A DNA stretch of 64,000 bases from Terriglobia bacterium (GCA_965206645.1 CBDBKE010000002.1:640001-704000); one strand, 5' to 3'; shown: positions 21,578 through 32,793, counted from the first letter of the stretch. Notes: generated by a model from the sequence alone, not told the origin. Numbers and translations: made by a program.

Positions 21578-22608
21578 TCACTGCTCGACTACTTGCATCA
21601 CGTGCCCGTCCAGGTCGCGCACCAGAAAACCCTTCCGGAACCCAAGCTCTCCTTTGGGCAAGGACACCTGCCCGGAGGAAACGAACGCAAATCGCCCGTT
21701 TCGAAGCGCCCTCGACGCCTGTTCGATATCTCCGGTAACAAGACGCGTCTGCCAGTGCATCAAGTCATTGGCACGTGCGTCCAAGGGCATGGGGCGGCCG
21801 TCCCGTGGGGAGAGATACTCCAGGAACTCAATGCCAGGCCCGCTGGCCACGCGCAACCCGGTGATGCGAAGCCGTGCGCCGAACACCTGGTTCAGGCGCT
21901 CCTGCTCCGGACCGTAGTTCTTGCTTTCCCCAACGACCTTGAAGCCCAGCACGTCGCGGTAAAAGCGAAGGCTGGCATCGGTGTTCCTCACCGCTATGGC
22001 CGTATGGTCGATTCCCAGGAACAACTTCTTGGTCGGACGATGCCACTTGGCGGCCCCCGTGTCGGGAGGAAACTGGAGAATTTCCAGCGGGTGGTCATCC
22101 GGGTCGCGAAAGTAGAAGGCACGAATGCCTCCCGCATTCGGATTCCATTCCGGGAGGCGTTGCGGGCAGGTGAAACATGCTCCACGCGGTTTTCTCGCAG
22201 CCAATGGTAGGCGCGGTCCATGTCCCTGACGATGATGGCGATGTGCTGAAACCAGCGGTCATTGCTGCGTGAATCCACCGGGATGGGACGCCCCTTGGGT
22301 GTGAGATACTCGGTCAGCTCAATGTGCTCGTCTCCCAGCTGCAGGCGCGCAATTCGCATCCGAAGGCCAAATACACCTTGGAGGCGATCGTACTCGCTGC
22401 CCGAGACTTCGACCTCGCTGACCTTTTCAAAAGACAAGACCTGCGAATAGAACTCGACGGAGCGGTCCAGATTGGAAACCGTCATGCCGACGGAGTCAAC
22501 GACTGTGATGGTTGCAGGCGGCGCAGTCTGCTGTGCCTCTGCCGCGGCGACGCCAAGCAGGAAAAAAAGCAGCAGCCACAACCGAAGCGTTCCAGCTTGC
22601 TTCCTCAC
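21578..22608 (-). pseudogene. Secreted tandem VOC/glyoxalase family protein, frameshifted
   Basis: Two overlapping ORFs join if one base is restored in the G run at 22164-22166 (EHVSPA-PQRLPEWNPNAGGIRAFYFRDPD); signal peptide. Confidence 0.85.
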
Positions 22609-22715
22609 GTCCTACTTGAGCCTTTCATTCATACGATGGCATACGATGGGCCGCCGCAAATGCTCCTCGGTCGATCGCCATCGTACCGGCATGAGCTCCG
22701 ACAAAACTGCTGCGT

Positions 22716-23105
22716 TCACCAGCCCAGTAAATTCGTAAGGGTCCAGTCTCCAGGTCCCGATAGCGCGATCGTGAGCGACATCACCAGGAGCAGGAGATTA
22801 AAATCCCATCCGGCCGTCTTCCCTGTGTGAAAGGGAACCTTCCACTTAAGGGCAAAGCCAGTCGCTCCAGCCATCAGCAGGACGAGTCCCCACCCAGCCC
22901 ACTGGGCCATGATTCCCGTGAGCATTCCGAGCGACCCCAGAAATTCTCCGAGCGCGGTGAGGACAGTCCCGGGGAGGCCACCAGGCAGTTCCTTGGCGTA
23001 CTTCTTGAGATCCACGAGCTTGGTCCAACCTTCGTAGACGAAAACCAGGAACAAAGCCACCCGAAGCGAGAAGAGTGCAAGATCCGGATGCATTGGCAGC
23101 GACAT
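22716..23105 (-). CDS. DoxX family membrane protein
   Basis: LRVALFLVFVYEGWTK, EFLG, GPGDWTL. Confidence 0.85.
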   Translation of the reverse strand: MSLPMHPDLALFSLRVALFLVFVYEGWTKLVDLKKYAKELPGGLPGTVLTALGEFLGSLGMLTGIMAQWAGWGLVLLMAGATGFALKWKVPFHTGKTAGWDFNLLLLVMSLTIALSGPGDWTLTNLLGW

Positions 23106-23157
23106 CGTTCAGGCTCCTTCACTGGAAGGCCGAATCCTCGCGGGCTCGGATCGGGCC

Positions 23158-24729
23158 TCATTTCAGCCTTTCCTTCAGGTGCTTGCCCACTCGCAGAGCG
23201 TTGGCGATGATCGTCAGTGCCGGATTGACCGCGCCGCTCGAAGGGAAGATGCTCCCGTCGACCACGTAGAGATTGTCGACATCGTGAGCCTTGCAGTCGG
23301 GATCCAGCACCGACGCCTTCGGATCACGCCCGAAGCGGATGGTCCCGTTCTGGTGTGCCACGCCCGCCAGCGGAATACGCTGGCCGATGAACAGGTTGCG
23401 CGCAAACAAACCGACGTGGCACTTGTGGCCGTGCTCGGGACACTTGGTCTGCTGCTGCATCACGTTCTCGAGCTTCTTCACCAGGCGCTTGTACGCCTCG
23501 AGGTTGTTGGGCGTATAGGTCAGCACGATCTCGCCTGCGCGATTGAGCGTGACGCGGTTGTCCGGGTCGGGCAGGTCCTCCGCCGTCAGCCAGAAGTCAA
23601 GCGAATGCTTGCCCATGAGGTCCAGCGTGAAGCCGGGGGCGATGGCGGGCGCGCCAGCCGAGAGCGTCACCCCATCGAGCTTCCCCACGAACGAGATGTG
23701 ACCCATGGGGTGGTTCCATTCTTTGGAGCCGAAATAGAAGTCGTTGACGGCCAGCGTCTTCTGGGAAACCGTCGGATTGGGGCAGCGGGAAATCGCCAGC
23801 ACCACACCGTTCGTGTGCCCCATGTAGAAACGGCCCACCGCATCAGAGCTGTTGGCCAGCCCCTGCGGATGGTTGTCGTTCGCCGAGCGCAGGAGCAGAG
23901 CGGCGGAGTTGACGGCCCCGCAGGAGACAACCACGATGTTGGCGGCGTATTCCTCGCGCGCACCGTTGTGTTTGACGACCACCTTGGTGACCTCTCGCCC
24001 CGAAGGGCTGGTCTCCAGGCGCTCCACGTAGGCGTTGGTTATCAGCGAAACGTTGGGCTGCTCGACCGCCGGGTCTACGCAGACGAGCTGGGTGTCCGCC
24101 TTGGCGTGAACCAAACAGGGATGGCCGTCGCAGGTGTCGCAGCGGATGCATCGGCTTGTACGCGGGTTCTTCTCATCGAGCATGATGCCAAGCGGCACAT
24201 GGAAGGGCTTGAGGCCGGCGCGTGCGAAATCGTCGATCAACTGCTGGATACGCGGCTCATGGCTGACAGGGGGAAAGGGATAGGGCTCGCTGGCGGGCGG
24301 CTCGGTGGGGTCGACACCTCGCTCGCCGTGCACCTGATAGAGCTGCTCCGCTTTGGTGTAGTAGGACTCCAAGTCTTGGTAGCTGATGGGCCAGGCGGGT
24401 GAGAGGCCGCCGTCGTGCTTGATTTCGCCGAAGTCTTCCTTGCGCAAGCGAAACAGGGCGGCGCCATAGACCTTGGTGTTGCCGCCGACATAGTAGTTCG
24501 TGTGCGGGTGCAGCGGTTTGCCGTCCTTATCGCGCCACACTTCCTTGGTGTGGTATTTGCCTTCGAGGTTGACGGCACGGGTGCTCCAGTTGTCCTTCTC
24601 GCGGGGGACGTAGTCCCCGCGCTCGATAATGAGGATGCGCTTGCCGGTGGGCGCCAGAGCGTAGGCGAGTGTTCCACCGCCCGCACCGGAGCCGATGATG
24701 ATTACATCGTAGCGGTTTCCCTGAGACAT
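23158..24729 (-). CDS. GMC family FAD oxidoreductase
   Basis: IIGSGAGGG, VGGNTKVYGAAL, CIRCDTCDGHPC, HQNGT, NPALTI. Confidence 0.93.
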   Translation of the reverse strand: MSQGNRYDVIIIGSGAGGGTLAYALAPTGKRILIIERGDYVPREKDNWSTRAVNLEGKYHTKEVWRDKDGKPLHPHTNYYVGGNTKVYGAALFRLRKEDFGEIKHDGGLSPAWPISYQDLESYYTKAEQLYQVHGERGVDPTEPPASEPYPFPPVSHEPRIQQLIDDFARAGLKPFHVPLGIMLDEKNPRTSRCIRCDTCDGHPCLVHAKADTQLVCVDPAVEQPNVSLITNAYVERLETSPSGREVTKVVVKHNGAREEYAANIVVVSCGAVNSAALLLRSANDNHPQGLANSSDAVGRFYMGHTNGVVLAISRCPNPTVSQKTLAVNDFYFGSKEWNHPMGHISFVGKLDGVTLSAGAPAIAPGFTLDLMGKHSLDFWLTAEDLPDPDNRVTLNRAGEIVLTYTPNNLEAYKRLVKKLENVMQQQTKCPEHGHKCHVGLFARNLFIGQRIPLAGVAHQNGTIRFGRDPKASVLDPDCKAHDVDNLYVVDGSIFPSSGAVNPALTIIANALRVGKHLKERLK

Positions 24730-26347
24730 GGAGTCTCCCTTCTCTTCAGATCGAACTTGTCGCTGCATCCTATGTCATCTTACTGATCCTGGCTGATTCC
24801 GGGTGGTTAGCCTCGGGCTCCGAGCGCCCGGTCAAGATTGTAGGCTGCGCTGATCAACGCCAGGTGAGTGAACGCCTGTGGGAAATTTCCCAACGCCTCG
24901 CCACTGTGTCCAGTTTCCTCGGCATAGAGCCCCACATGGTTGGCGTAGCCCAGCATCTTTTCAAACATCAGCCGCGCCTCTTCCAGTCGCGCCGGATTGT
25001 TCCGCGCGGCGCGGGTCATTGCTTCGACCAGCCAAAACGTGCAGATGTTAAACGTCCCCTCTTCTCCCGCCAGGCCATCACGGGTCTCCTCGACGTTGTA
25101 GCGATAGACGAGGCTGTTGGAGACCAACCCGCCTTTGGCCGGCGACCGGTTGGTGGCGTCCAGCGTTTTCAGCATCCGGGGATCGGTCGGCAACATGAAG
25201 AAGACCAGCGGCATGATCAGGTTGGCCGCATCCAGGGATTCGCTGCCGTAATGCTGCACGAACGCCTCGCGCTTTGCATTCCAGCCCTTGGACAGAATCT
25301 GTTCGTAGATTTGATCCCGAACCTTCGTCCAGCGGTTGCGATCGGCCGGGAAGGAGCGTTTATCGGCCAAGCGCAAACCCCGGTCCAGAGCCACCCAGCA
25401 CATCAGCTTCGAATAAAGGAAGTGCTGCTGCCCGCCCCGCACTTCCCAAATGCCTTCGTCTTTTCGGCGCCAGTTGTCACAGACCCAATTCAGCAGCCGC
25501 CGCAGGTCGGTCCACAGATCATAGGAGATGGGGCTGCCGTACTTGTTGTACAGGTAGACCGAGTCCATCAGCTCGCCGTAAATGTCCAGTTGCAGCTGGT
25601 TGTAGGCGCCGTTGCCAACCCGCACCGGACGCGACTGCTTGTACCCCTCCAGATGCTTCATGGTCTTCTCGGTCAATTTGTGACGCCCGTCGATGCCGTA
25701 CATGATTTGCAGCGACCCATCCGGGTTCAACTCCCGAACGCGGGCGCTGAGCCACTCCATGAACTTGGCCGCCTCTTCGGTGAAACCAATTCGCAGGAAC
25801 CCGTAGAGGGTAAAGGCAGCGTCGCGAATCCAGGTATAGCGGTAGTCCCAGTTGCGTTCGCCCCCCACGCCTTCCGGCAAGCTACAGGTGGGCGCGGCCA
25901 CGATGGCCCCGGAAGGTTGGTAGGTCAGCAGCTTCAGAGCCAGTGCAGAGCGCTCCACCATCTCCCGCCACCGCCCCTTGTAAGTACACTTCGAAAGCCA
26001 GCGACGCCAGTATTCGACCGTTTTCCTGAACAGATCCTCAGCTTCCTTGTCAGCCAGCGAGATGCCGCATCCGGCCCCATTCGCCATCTCCCGCAGCACA
26101 AAAACCGCCGTCTGATCCTCATGGAGCGTGAACTCGGCGCTGACCCCCGTGCCGTTTCGCTTCAAGCGGACACGCGTCGCCAACCCAAGGCTGATCCCGC
26201 ATGAGCGGAAGCAAGCGCCGCCGGCACTGATTTTTGTGGTGTGCTTGTCTCGCGCGTAGTTGAATGCTGGCTGGCAGTGACCTGCCTGGCGATTTCCGGA
26301 CCAGCTGAGGCCTGAGAGAATGGCGCCCTCGGAGAAACGAGGGAGCC

Positions 26348-26611
26348 ATGAAGAAGACCCGGTTTACCGAAGAGCAGATGGTGACGATCCTCCGCGAGGC
26401 CGATCAGCGGCCCGTTCCGGAGGTGGCCAAAAAGAACGGCGTCAGCGCCCAGACGCTCTACGCCTGGCGGAAACACTTCGGCACGTTGGAGCCCGCCGAT
26501 GTGAAGCGGCTGCGGCAGCTCGAGCAGGAGAACGGCCGGCTGAAAAAGATGGTGGCCGATCGAGATCTGGAGATCGACGTGCTCAAGGAGATCACCCGAA
26601 AAAAATGGTAG
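26348..26611 (+). CDS. IS3 family transposase OrfA
   Basis: [23 protein letters not shown]; ends at an A7 slippery site (26599-26605). Confidence 0.92.
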   Translation: MKKTRFTEEQMVTILREADQRPVPEVAKKNGVSAQTLYAWRKHFGTLEPADVKRLRQLEQENGRLKKMVADRDLEIDVLKEITRKKW

Positions 26612-27528
26612 GCGCACGCGTGCGCCGGCCGCAGGTCGCGTATGCACGTGCACGCGGTCTGTCGGGTCGCCGCGCGTGCGCCTTGCTCTCCGTCGCACGG
26701 TCCACGCTGGGCTACCAGTCGCGGCTGGTCGACCGGGATGCCCCGGCGCTGGCCGCGATGCGTCGTCTGGCGGCGCAGTATCCGCGGTACGGCTATCGCC
26801 GGATTCGGATTTTCCTAAAACGCGAAGGGCACACGATGAGCACGGACCGGACCCATCGCCTCTGGCGCCAGGCGGGGTTGCAGGTGCCTCGGCGGCGGCC
26901 GCGGCGCCGGGTCGCCCTGAGCCGGCCCCGCCCGGTGCCCGCCACTGCGGTCAATCACGTCTGGGCGTACGACTTCGTGTTCGACACCTGCGCGAATGGG
27001 CAGACGCTCAAGTGCCTCACCGTCGTCGACGAATGGACCCGCGAGTCACTCGCGATCGACGTGGCCGGCGGCATTCGGTCCGGGCGCGTTATCGAGGTGC
27101 TCACGCAGCTCGTGAGCGTCCACGGAGCCCCACGTTACCTCCGGTCCGACAACGGCCCCGAGTTTGTCGCGGGTGCGATTCTCCGGTGGCTGCTCCAGGC
27201 GCAGATCGAAACCGCGCTCATCGAGCCGGGCAAGCCGTGGCAGAATGCGACCGACGAATCGTTCAACGGGAAGTTCCGCGACGAGTATCTGAGCCTGCAG
27301 TGGTTTCGGAACCGCGTGGACGCGAAGGTGGGGATCGAGCAATGGCGACGGCACTACAACGACGTGCGACCGCACTCGAGCCTTGGCTATCTGACGCCAG
27401 CCGAGTTCAAAGCGCAGCTCCGTGCTGGCTCGGATGACGGTGGGCGCTCGCCGGCGATGCCGGCTCACGCTGACCAAGAAGAACACGAGAGCGACTTAAC
27501 CATGCCGACTGGCGCTGTTCTCCAGTAA
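26608..27528 (+). CDS. IS3 family transposase OrfB (DDE), expressed by -1 frameshift
   Basis: YGYRRI, WAYDFVFD, SDNGPEF, ESFNGKFRDE, YNDVRPHSSLG. Confidence 0.92.
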   Translation, partial: VGARVRRPQVAYARARGLSGRRACALLSVARSTLGYQSRLVDRDAPALAAMRRLAAQYPRYGYRRIRIFLKREGHTMSTDRTHRLWRQAGLQVPRRRPRRRVALSRPRPVPATAVNHVWAYDFVFDTCANGQTLKCLTVVDEWTRESLAIDVAGGIRSGRVIEVLTQLVSVHGAPRYLRSDNGPEFVAGAILRWLLQAQIETALIEPGKPWQNATDESFNGKFRDEYLSLQWFRNRVDAKVGIEQWRRHYNDVRPHSSLGYLTPAEFKAQLRAGSDDGGRSPAMPAHADQEEHESDLTMPTGAVLQ

Positions 27529-28177
27529 TCGGTGGTCCGAAGAAAGCCGGCAGGTCAGCAGTCCATGCGAAAGCTCAGCGAGCCGCGCACCACATTGACG
27601 CGGCGGACTACCTGGTGATGTCCATGCTCTTCTGCCGGCCCGCCCACCGGCATGTAATCGGTTATCTCGGCGACACCCTGCGGGCAAAGGAAACGGGTCG
27701 CCAGAACGTTCGTTCCCGGCCAGTAGAACTGCTTCTGGGTGACCTCGGGCACCGTGGGAGCAATCTGAAACCGTCCGCCTTTCTTGTCGTCGAGGATGGC
27801 CGCGAACACGCTCGGTGAATTGAAGTGCGGACAACAGAACCAATCAATCGAACCGTTCATTCCCACCAAAGCTACCGTGTGCATATCGCCAATGATTCCG
27901 TAGTCCTCAATCGGTTGATAAGCCATTCTGCTCCCTCCTCTGCTCCTGCTGCGCCAGCGGTCGGCTTTCCCGGTGACTGGTCCGGCGACCGGCCAGAATA
28001 CGCCAAGTCTCCCGGTGCTCGCCATAACGTACTTCCATACGTGCCAGCCCATCGCTCGGCTGTTCATCGCCCGTCATTCGTGTCTGCTCCATTTCGCGGT
28101 TCGATTCACCGCCGGTTGCTCAGTCGAGACAGGGCGCCCTTGGGAGAACTCGGGGGGATAGTTGGCCTTGACTCCGC

Positions 28178-28327
28178 TCACTGGGTCTTGTACCCACAGT
28201 GAAAGATACAGCGCTTGTTATTCTGATGGTGGAGCTTGGCGCATATGACTTTCGGCCGTCCTTTCAACCGCAGGTACACCTCAGATGCCAGGAGCATTCC
28301 CAGAGGCGGGGCCGTAAAGTATATAAA
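28178..28327 (-). pseudogene. MIP/aquaporin family gene, C-terminal fragment
   Basis: IYFTAPPLGMLLASEVY followed by CAKLHHQNNKRCIFHCGY. Confidence 0.8.
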
Positions 28328-29975
28328 CCCGGATTTCCGTTTTGAAACTCCAAAGCTAACCTTATACTGACCTCCGACGCCAATATTTATGCCGGTTCCA
28401 GCGTCAATACAGCTTCCGGAGGTAGAAACCGAGTGGGTGAGAGGCAAAATCAGCCCTTTCAGTTCTCTTTCAATGCTGCATTGAAGGTCGATTTCCAGGG
28501 GTCGCGGGTTACTTCCGACGGCGGCCTGATCCTCGTGCGCGAATCAGACGAACATTTGGGATTCGGAGAACTCATCAAACAGCACTTGGCCGATCCTCGG
28601 AGAAAGAACACACGGTTGCCCTTTGCTGACCTCCTGCGCCAGTCCGTGTACAGCCGCTTGGCGGGTTACGAAGATATGAATGACGCGGAACGGCTCTCTC
28701 AAGATCCGACGTTCCGGCTGATCGGTTCAGAAAAGATCTGGGAGCGAGGAGCCGCGTTGACTTCCCGGCTGCAATCGTTCGAGACAGAACTACTGACGCA
28801 AGATGAGAACCTGGCTGGTTTGGCAGCGATCAACCGGGATTTAATCGCCAGGGCGGAAGCTATGGATTCCCCGCAACGGGTGGTGCTGGACATGGACTCG
28901 ACCGAGATTCCGGTCTACGGCCAGCAGGAGCAGAGTGCCTACAACGGGCATTTCGAGTCGAGCTGCTATCACCCGTTGTTGCTGTTCAATCGCGAGGGTG
29001 ACTGTCTGGCGGCCAAGCTGCGACCGGGCAACGTGCACAGCGCCGAGGACTGGAAAGAACTTCTCCTGCCGGAGATCGAGCGGCAGCAGCAGCTGGGCAA
29101 GGAAGTGGTGTTTCGTGCCGACGCGGCCTTTGCCAAGCCGGAGATTTACGAGGCTCTGGAGGAGCGGGAGGTAAAGTACGCCATCCGCATCCCGGCTAAC
29201 GACAGCCTACAGCGGGACATTGAGGAGTTGCTGACTCGGCCGGTGGGGAGACCCAGCAAGAAGCCGTTGGTGGAGTTCAAGGGCTTTCTATACCAAGCGG
29301 CCAGTTGGAAGACAGCCCGCAGGGTGGTGGCCAAGGTGGAGCATCATCCAGGGGAGCTGTTCCCGCGAGTAGGGTTTATCGTTACGAACTTGACTCTGCC
29401 AAGTCGGGCGGTGATGCGGTTTTACAACAAGCGGGGGACAGCGGCAAAGAAGGAGAGCAAGCAGTGAAGATGACGCGGCTCAGTTGTCACCGGTTCCGGT
29501 CGAACGAGGTCCGGCTGTGGCTCACCATCATTGCCTATAATCTCGGCAACCTGTGGCGGCGACTGGTGCTGCCACAGAGAATCGGGAACTGGTCCCTGAC
29601 GAGCTTGCAACAGCGGTTGGTGAAAACGGGAGGACGGCTGGTGAAACATGCGCGATATTACTGGCTTTTGCTGGCCGAAGGGCACTTGAGCCGGAGGCTG
29701 TTCAGCAGCATGCTGCGAACGATCTCGGCACTGCCGCTGCCAGACGGCTAGCGAACCGGGAGAGAGGGTAATTTTAGGTGCTCAGAAGTGGTCGGGCCGG
29801 ATAAGTGTCAGCGGCGCGGCAGGCTGGGCAGGCGAACCCCGCACAGCGACTCCGAAGAACAGCCAAAATGTGCCGCACTACCACCTCAAAGAGGCCAGAG
29901 CTGTTTGCGGTTGACACGACAGGGTACGAGGCATAGCTTTTCGGGTGAAGAGGAAGCTCAAAATGGAAATTCCGG
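28328..29975 (+). mobile_element. IS1380 family element
   Basis: Imperfect terminal IRs CCCGGATTTCCGTTTTGAAACTCC and (rc) CCGGAATTTCCATTTTGAGCTTCC; no clean TSD seen. Confidence 0.88.
28433..29751 (+). pseudogene. IS1380 family transposase, frameshifted
   Basis: TSDGG, LDMDST, LRPGNVHSA, RADAAF; short deletion after YNKRGTA removes the conserved E; C-terminus continues in another frame. Confidence 0.88.
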
Positions 29976-30081
29976 ATCCATAGTGTGTTCCACAGGCGAG
30001 CCGGGACTGCGGAAGCCAGAGTACGCGCCGGATTCATGCTCATGCCCGAAAGCGGAGCTTCGACCAGAATATAGGTCCCCA
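29976..30081 (-). pseudogene. MIP/aquaporin family gene, internal fragment with second NPA box
   Basis: GTYILVEAPLSGMSMNPARTLASAVPARLWNTLW. Confidence 0.85.
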
Positions 30082-30271
30082 TGTCAAGGGCGGAGTAAAA
30101 CTAGACCACTCCGGCGGAGAGAAAGTAGACCAGTTCAGGGGTGGTGGAAGCTTTGATTTGAGAGGGAGTTGCGGGGGCGGTTGGAGCGGAGGCCTGCGAC
30201 GCCCGCAGGGCGGCGCGGTTAGGCCGGAGTGGAAGCCGCCCTCGCAACTCGTCGCCCAGTATTGGGTGAGA

Positions 30272-31036
30272 TCAGGCGCGAGGCTTTCCGGAACGCCTTC
30301 GTTTGCTGTCCTTGAGCCGGCAACTTTCCCCGTTCATCTCCAGGATGTGGACATGGTGGGTGAGACGATCCAGCAGGGCTCCGGTCAGCCGCTCCGATCC
30401 GAAGGCCTCCGTCCATTCGTTGAACGGCAGGTTGCTGGTCACCACGGTGGCGCTGCGTTCGTAGCGCCGGCTGAAGACCTCAAACAGCAACTCCGCCCCA
30501 GTCTTGGATAGCGGCACGAAACCCAGCTCGTCAATGATCAACAGCTCGAAACTGGAGAGCATCTTCTGGAACCGCATCAGGCGCCGCTCGTCCTTGGCCT
30601 CGATCAGCTCATGCGCCAGGGAGGCCGCCGTAGTGAACCGGACCCGGAACCCTTTCTGACAGGCGGCCAGTCCCAGCGCCAACGCAATGTGGGTTTTTCC
30701 CGTGCCCGAGTTCCCTAAAGCCAGGATGTTCTCCTTGCGTTCGATGAACTCGCCTCGGGCCAGCTCGAGCACCAAGGCCTTATTCAGCGACGGAAGGGCC
30801 AGGAAATCGAAACTGTCGAGGCTCTTCACCACGTCGAACCTGGCTTGGTGAATGCGCCGCTCGGTGGCGCGCCGTTCCCGGTCCAGCAGCTCCAGCTCCG
30901 TCAACCGCAGCAGGTAGCGCGGGAAGTCCACGCCCTCGGCAGCGCACTGCTGCGCCACCTTGTCGTACTCACGCAAAAAGGTGGGTAATTGCAGGGCCTT
31001 CAGATGGTGTTCCAGCAACACCTGGGGCGTGTCCAT
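30272..31036 (-). CDS. istB: IS21 helper ATPase IstB
   Basis: GNSGTGKTH, LIIDELG, TSNLPF, LLDRLTHH. Confidence 0.95.
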   Translation of the reverse strand: MDTPQVLLEHHLKALQLPTFLREYDKVAQQCAAEGVDFPRYLLRLTELELLDRERRATERRIHQARFDVVKSLDSFDFLALPSLNKALVLELARGEFIERKENILALGNSGTGKTHIALALGLAACQKGFRVRFTTAASLAHELIEAKDERRLMRFQKMLSSFELLIIDELGFVPLSKTGAELLFEVFSRRYERSATVVTSNLPFNEWTEAFGSERLTGALLDRLTHHVHILEMNGESCRLKDSKRRRSGKPRA

Positions 31037-32535
31037 CAGCAGACTCCTTCCCGGAGCAGGGTCAGATAGTCGGCGGCGGCTGTGGTGGCCACCTGCGTCG
31101 CCGGCAGGTGCGGATAGTGCTCCAGGTCCAGCCGCGCCGGCCGCTGCTCGATCCGGCCCAGCAGCAGATGCTTGACCGCGTCAGACCAGATCGCCCCCAG
31201 CCGCAAGGCGTCCTCGACGGCCAGCGACACTTCCGTCCAACGGAACGTCTCCAGCCGTCGCAGGACCTGCACATACTCCCGCTTGCCCTTCTTGCCTAAC
31301 CGCGCCTCCATCAGCCGCCGCAGTTGCGCGAAGCCTTCCGGCAACTCCCAGCCGGCCAGGGGGGCGGCCTGGTTCAACGCGTTCGGCTTCTGCTCCAGCA
31401 GCGCCAGATAGTGCAACGGATCGAAGATCATCTCTTCCCGTTCCTAGCTCCGGACATGGCGTGCGATCACTTCGCTCGCTGCACAGATCACCACTTCCTC
31501 GACGAATCCCTTCACCAGCACCTCCCGGTGCCCCCAAGCCACCGGCACCGAATAGTCGTTGGATCGATACCGCACCAGCGACAGTGACGTCACCCGTGTG
31601 GTCCGTTTGTCGCAGGCCTCATAGGGCGTCGCCGGCAGGGGCAGCAGCCTCTGTTGATCCTTCGCGAACCGCTCGCCGATCGTCTCTTGATGTCCTCGCA
31701 GACGCCGCTCTCGCCGCCGGGTGCACTGTTCCCGCAGCTTCGCGTGCAACTCCTCCCAGCTGGCACACCGCGGCACCGGCACCAGGAAGTTCCGCCGCAC
31801 GTAACCCACTAGTCCTTCCACTTTCCCTTTGTCATTGCCCTTGCCCGGTCGTCCGAACTTCTCCGCAAACAGGTAGTGACTCTGCAGTTCGGAGAACGCC
31901 CGCGTCTTGTTCCGTGTTCCGTCACCCAGGATCTGCCTCACCGCCAGCTTGGTGTTGTCGTACAGGATCGTGCGAGGCACTCCGCCGAAGTAGCCGAACG
32001 CCTGGTTGTGCCCTTCTAAGAACGCTTCGGTCGTCTCAGCCGGAAACGCCATCACGAAGCAGTCGTCCGATTGCGGCAGCTCCATCACGAAATAGTGCGC
32101 CTTGCGCTCCACCCCGCCGATCACCACTTGCGCTTCGCCAAAGTCGGCCTGGGCCTCCCCCGGTGGATGCTCTAGCGGCACGAACATCTCCCGCTGGCTC
32201 AGCTTCCGCAGCCGCACGTAGTCCTTCACGATGGTGTAGCCGCCCGGGAATCCGTGCTCCTCCCGCAGCCGCTCAAAAACCCGCTTGGCCGTGTGGCGTT
32301 GCTTCTTGCTCTGGGCCTTATCTTGCTCCAGGATCTGGTCGATGATCCCCACCCAGGCATCCAGCTTCGGCCGCCGCGCCGGCTGCTGCCGCCGATAGCC
32401 CGGAGGGATCGAGTACCGCAGCATCTTGCGGACCGTCTCGCGGGCTAGCCCGAACTGCCGCGCCGCCTCCCGTTCACTGATCCCCTCAGCCTGAACTGCT
32501 CGTCGAACACGCGCATAGAGTTCCACTGTGTGCAC
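31036..32535 (-). pseudogene. istA: IS21 transposase IstA with an in-frame amber stop
   Basis: AQADFG, YDN, KGKVE; TAG at 31444-31446 in frame with the downstream MIFDPLHYL segment. Confidence 0.9.
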
Positions 32536-32741
32536 ACCTCCGGTGTTTCACGAAACACATCAGAATCACAATGTTTGATGGAATCGAACTGCGCTGGTCT
32601 AATTTTGCACCGCCAGAAACCGCCGCTTACGCGGCGCTCCCTGGTCTATTATTGCTCCGGCGTTCATACCAGATCCTACGCCAGCGGCCCTGGTCGGCTC
32701 AAGCGCAGATCACCATGGCCTCTTCACCTGGTATCGCGGAC

Positions 32742-32793
32742 TGACAGTTGCACTGTAGGGAAGCGTAGAGAAGAAGTCGGGAGTCACATTCAG
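32742..32793. repeat. Copy 1 of an imperfect ~52-bp direct repeat
   Basis: TGACA..GCACTGTAGG..AGAG..GAAGTCGGGAGTCAC; second copy at 33631-33683. Confidence 0.75.

Larger units (their letters stand above)
26278..27557 (+). mobile_element. IS3 family element (IS407-like)
   Basis: IRL TGACCTGCCTGGCGATTTCCGGACCA; IRR (rc) TGACCTGCCGGCTTTCTTCGGACCA; 4-bp TSD GCAG at 26274-26277 and 27558-27561. Confidence 0.95.
24807..27926 (-). pseudogene. Glycoside hydrolase family 15 (glucoamylase/trehalase-like), interrupted by an IS3-family element
   Basis: N-terminus [14 protein letters not shown] at 27926; [34 protein letters not shown]; removing the IS and one TSD restores ...[11 protein letters not shown]... 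in frame. Confidence 0.93.
30082..32668 (-). mobile_element. IS21 family element
   Basis: Ends TGTCAAGGGCGGAGTAAAACTAGACCA and (rc) TATGAACGCCGGAGCAATAATAGACCA with internal repeats; istA-istB pair. Confidence 0.92.
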
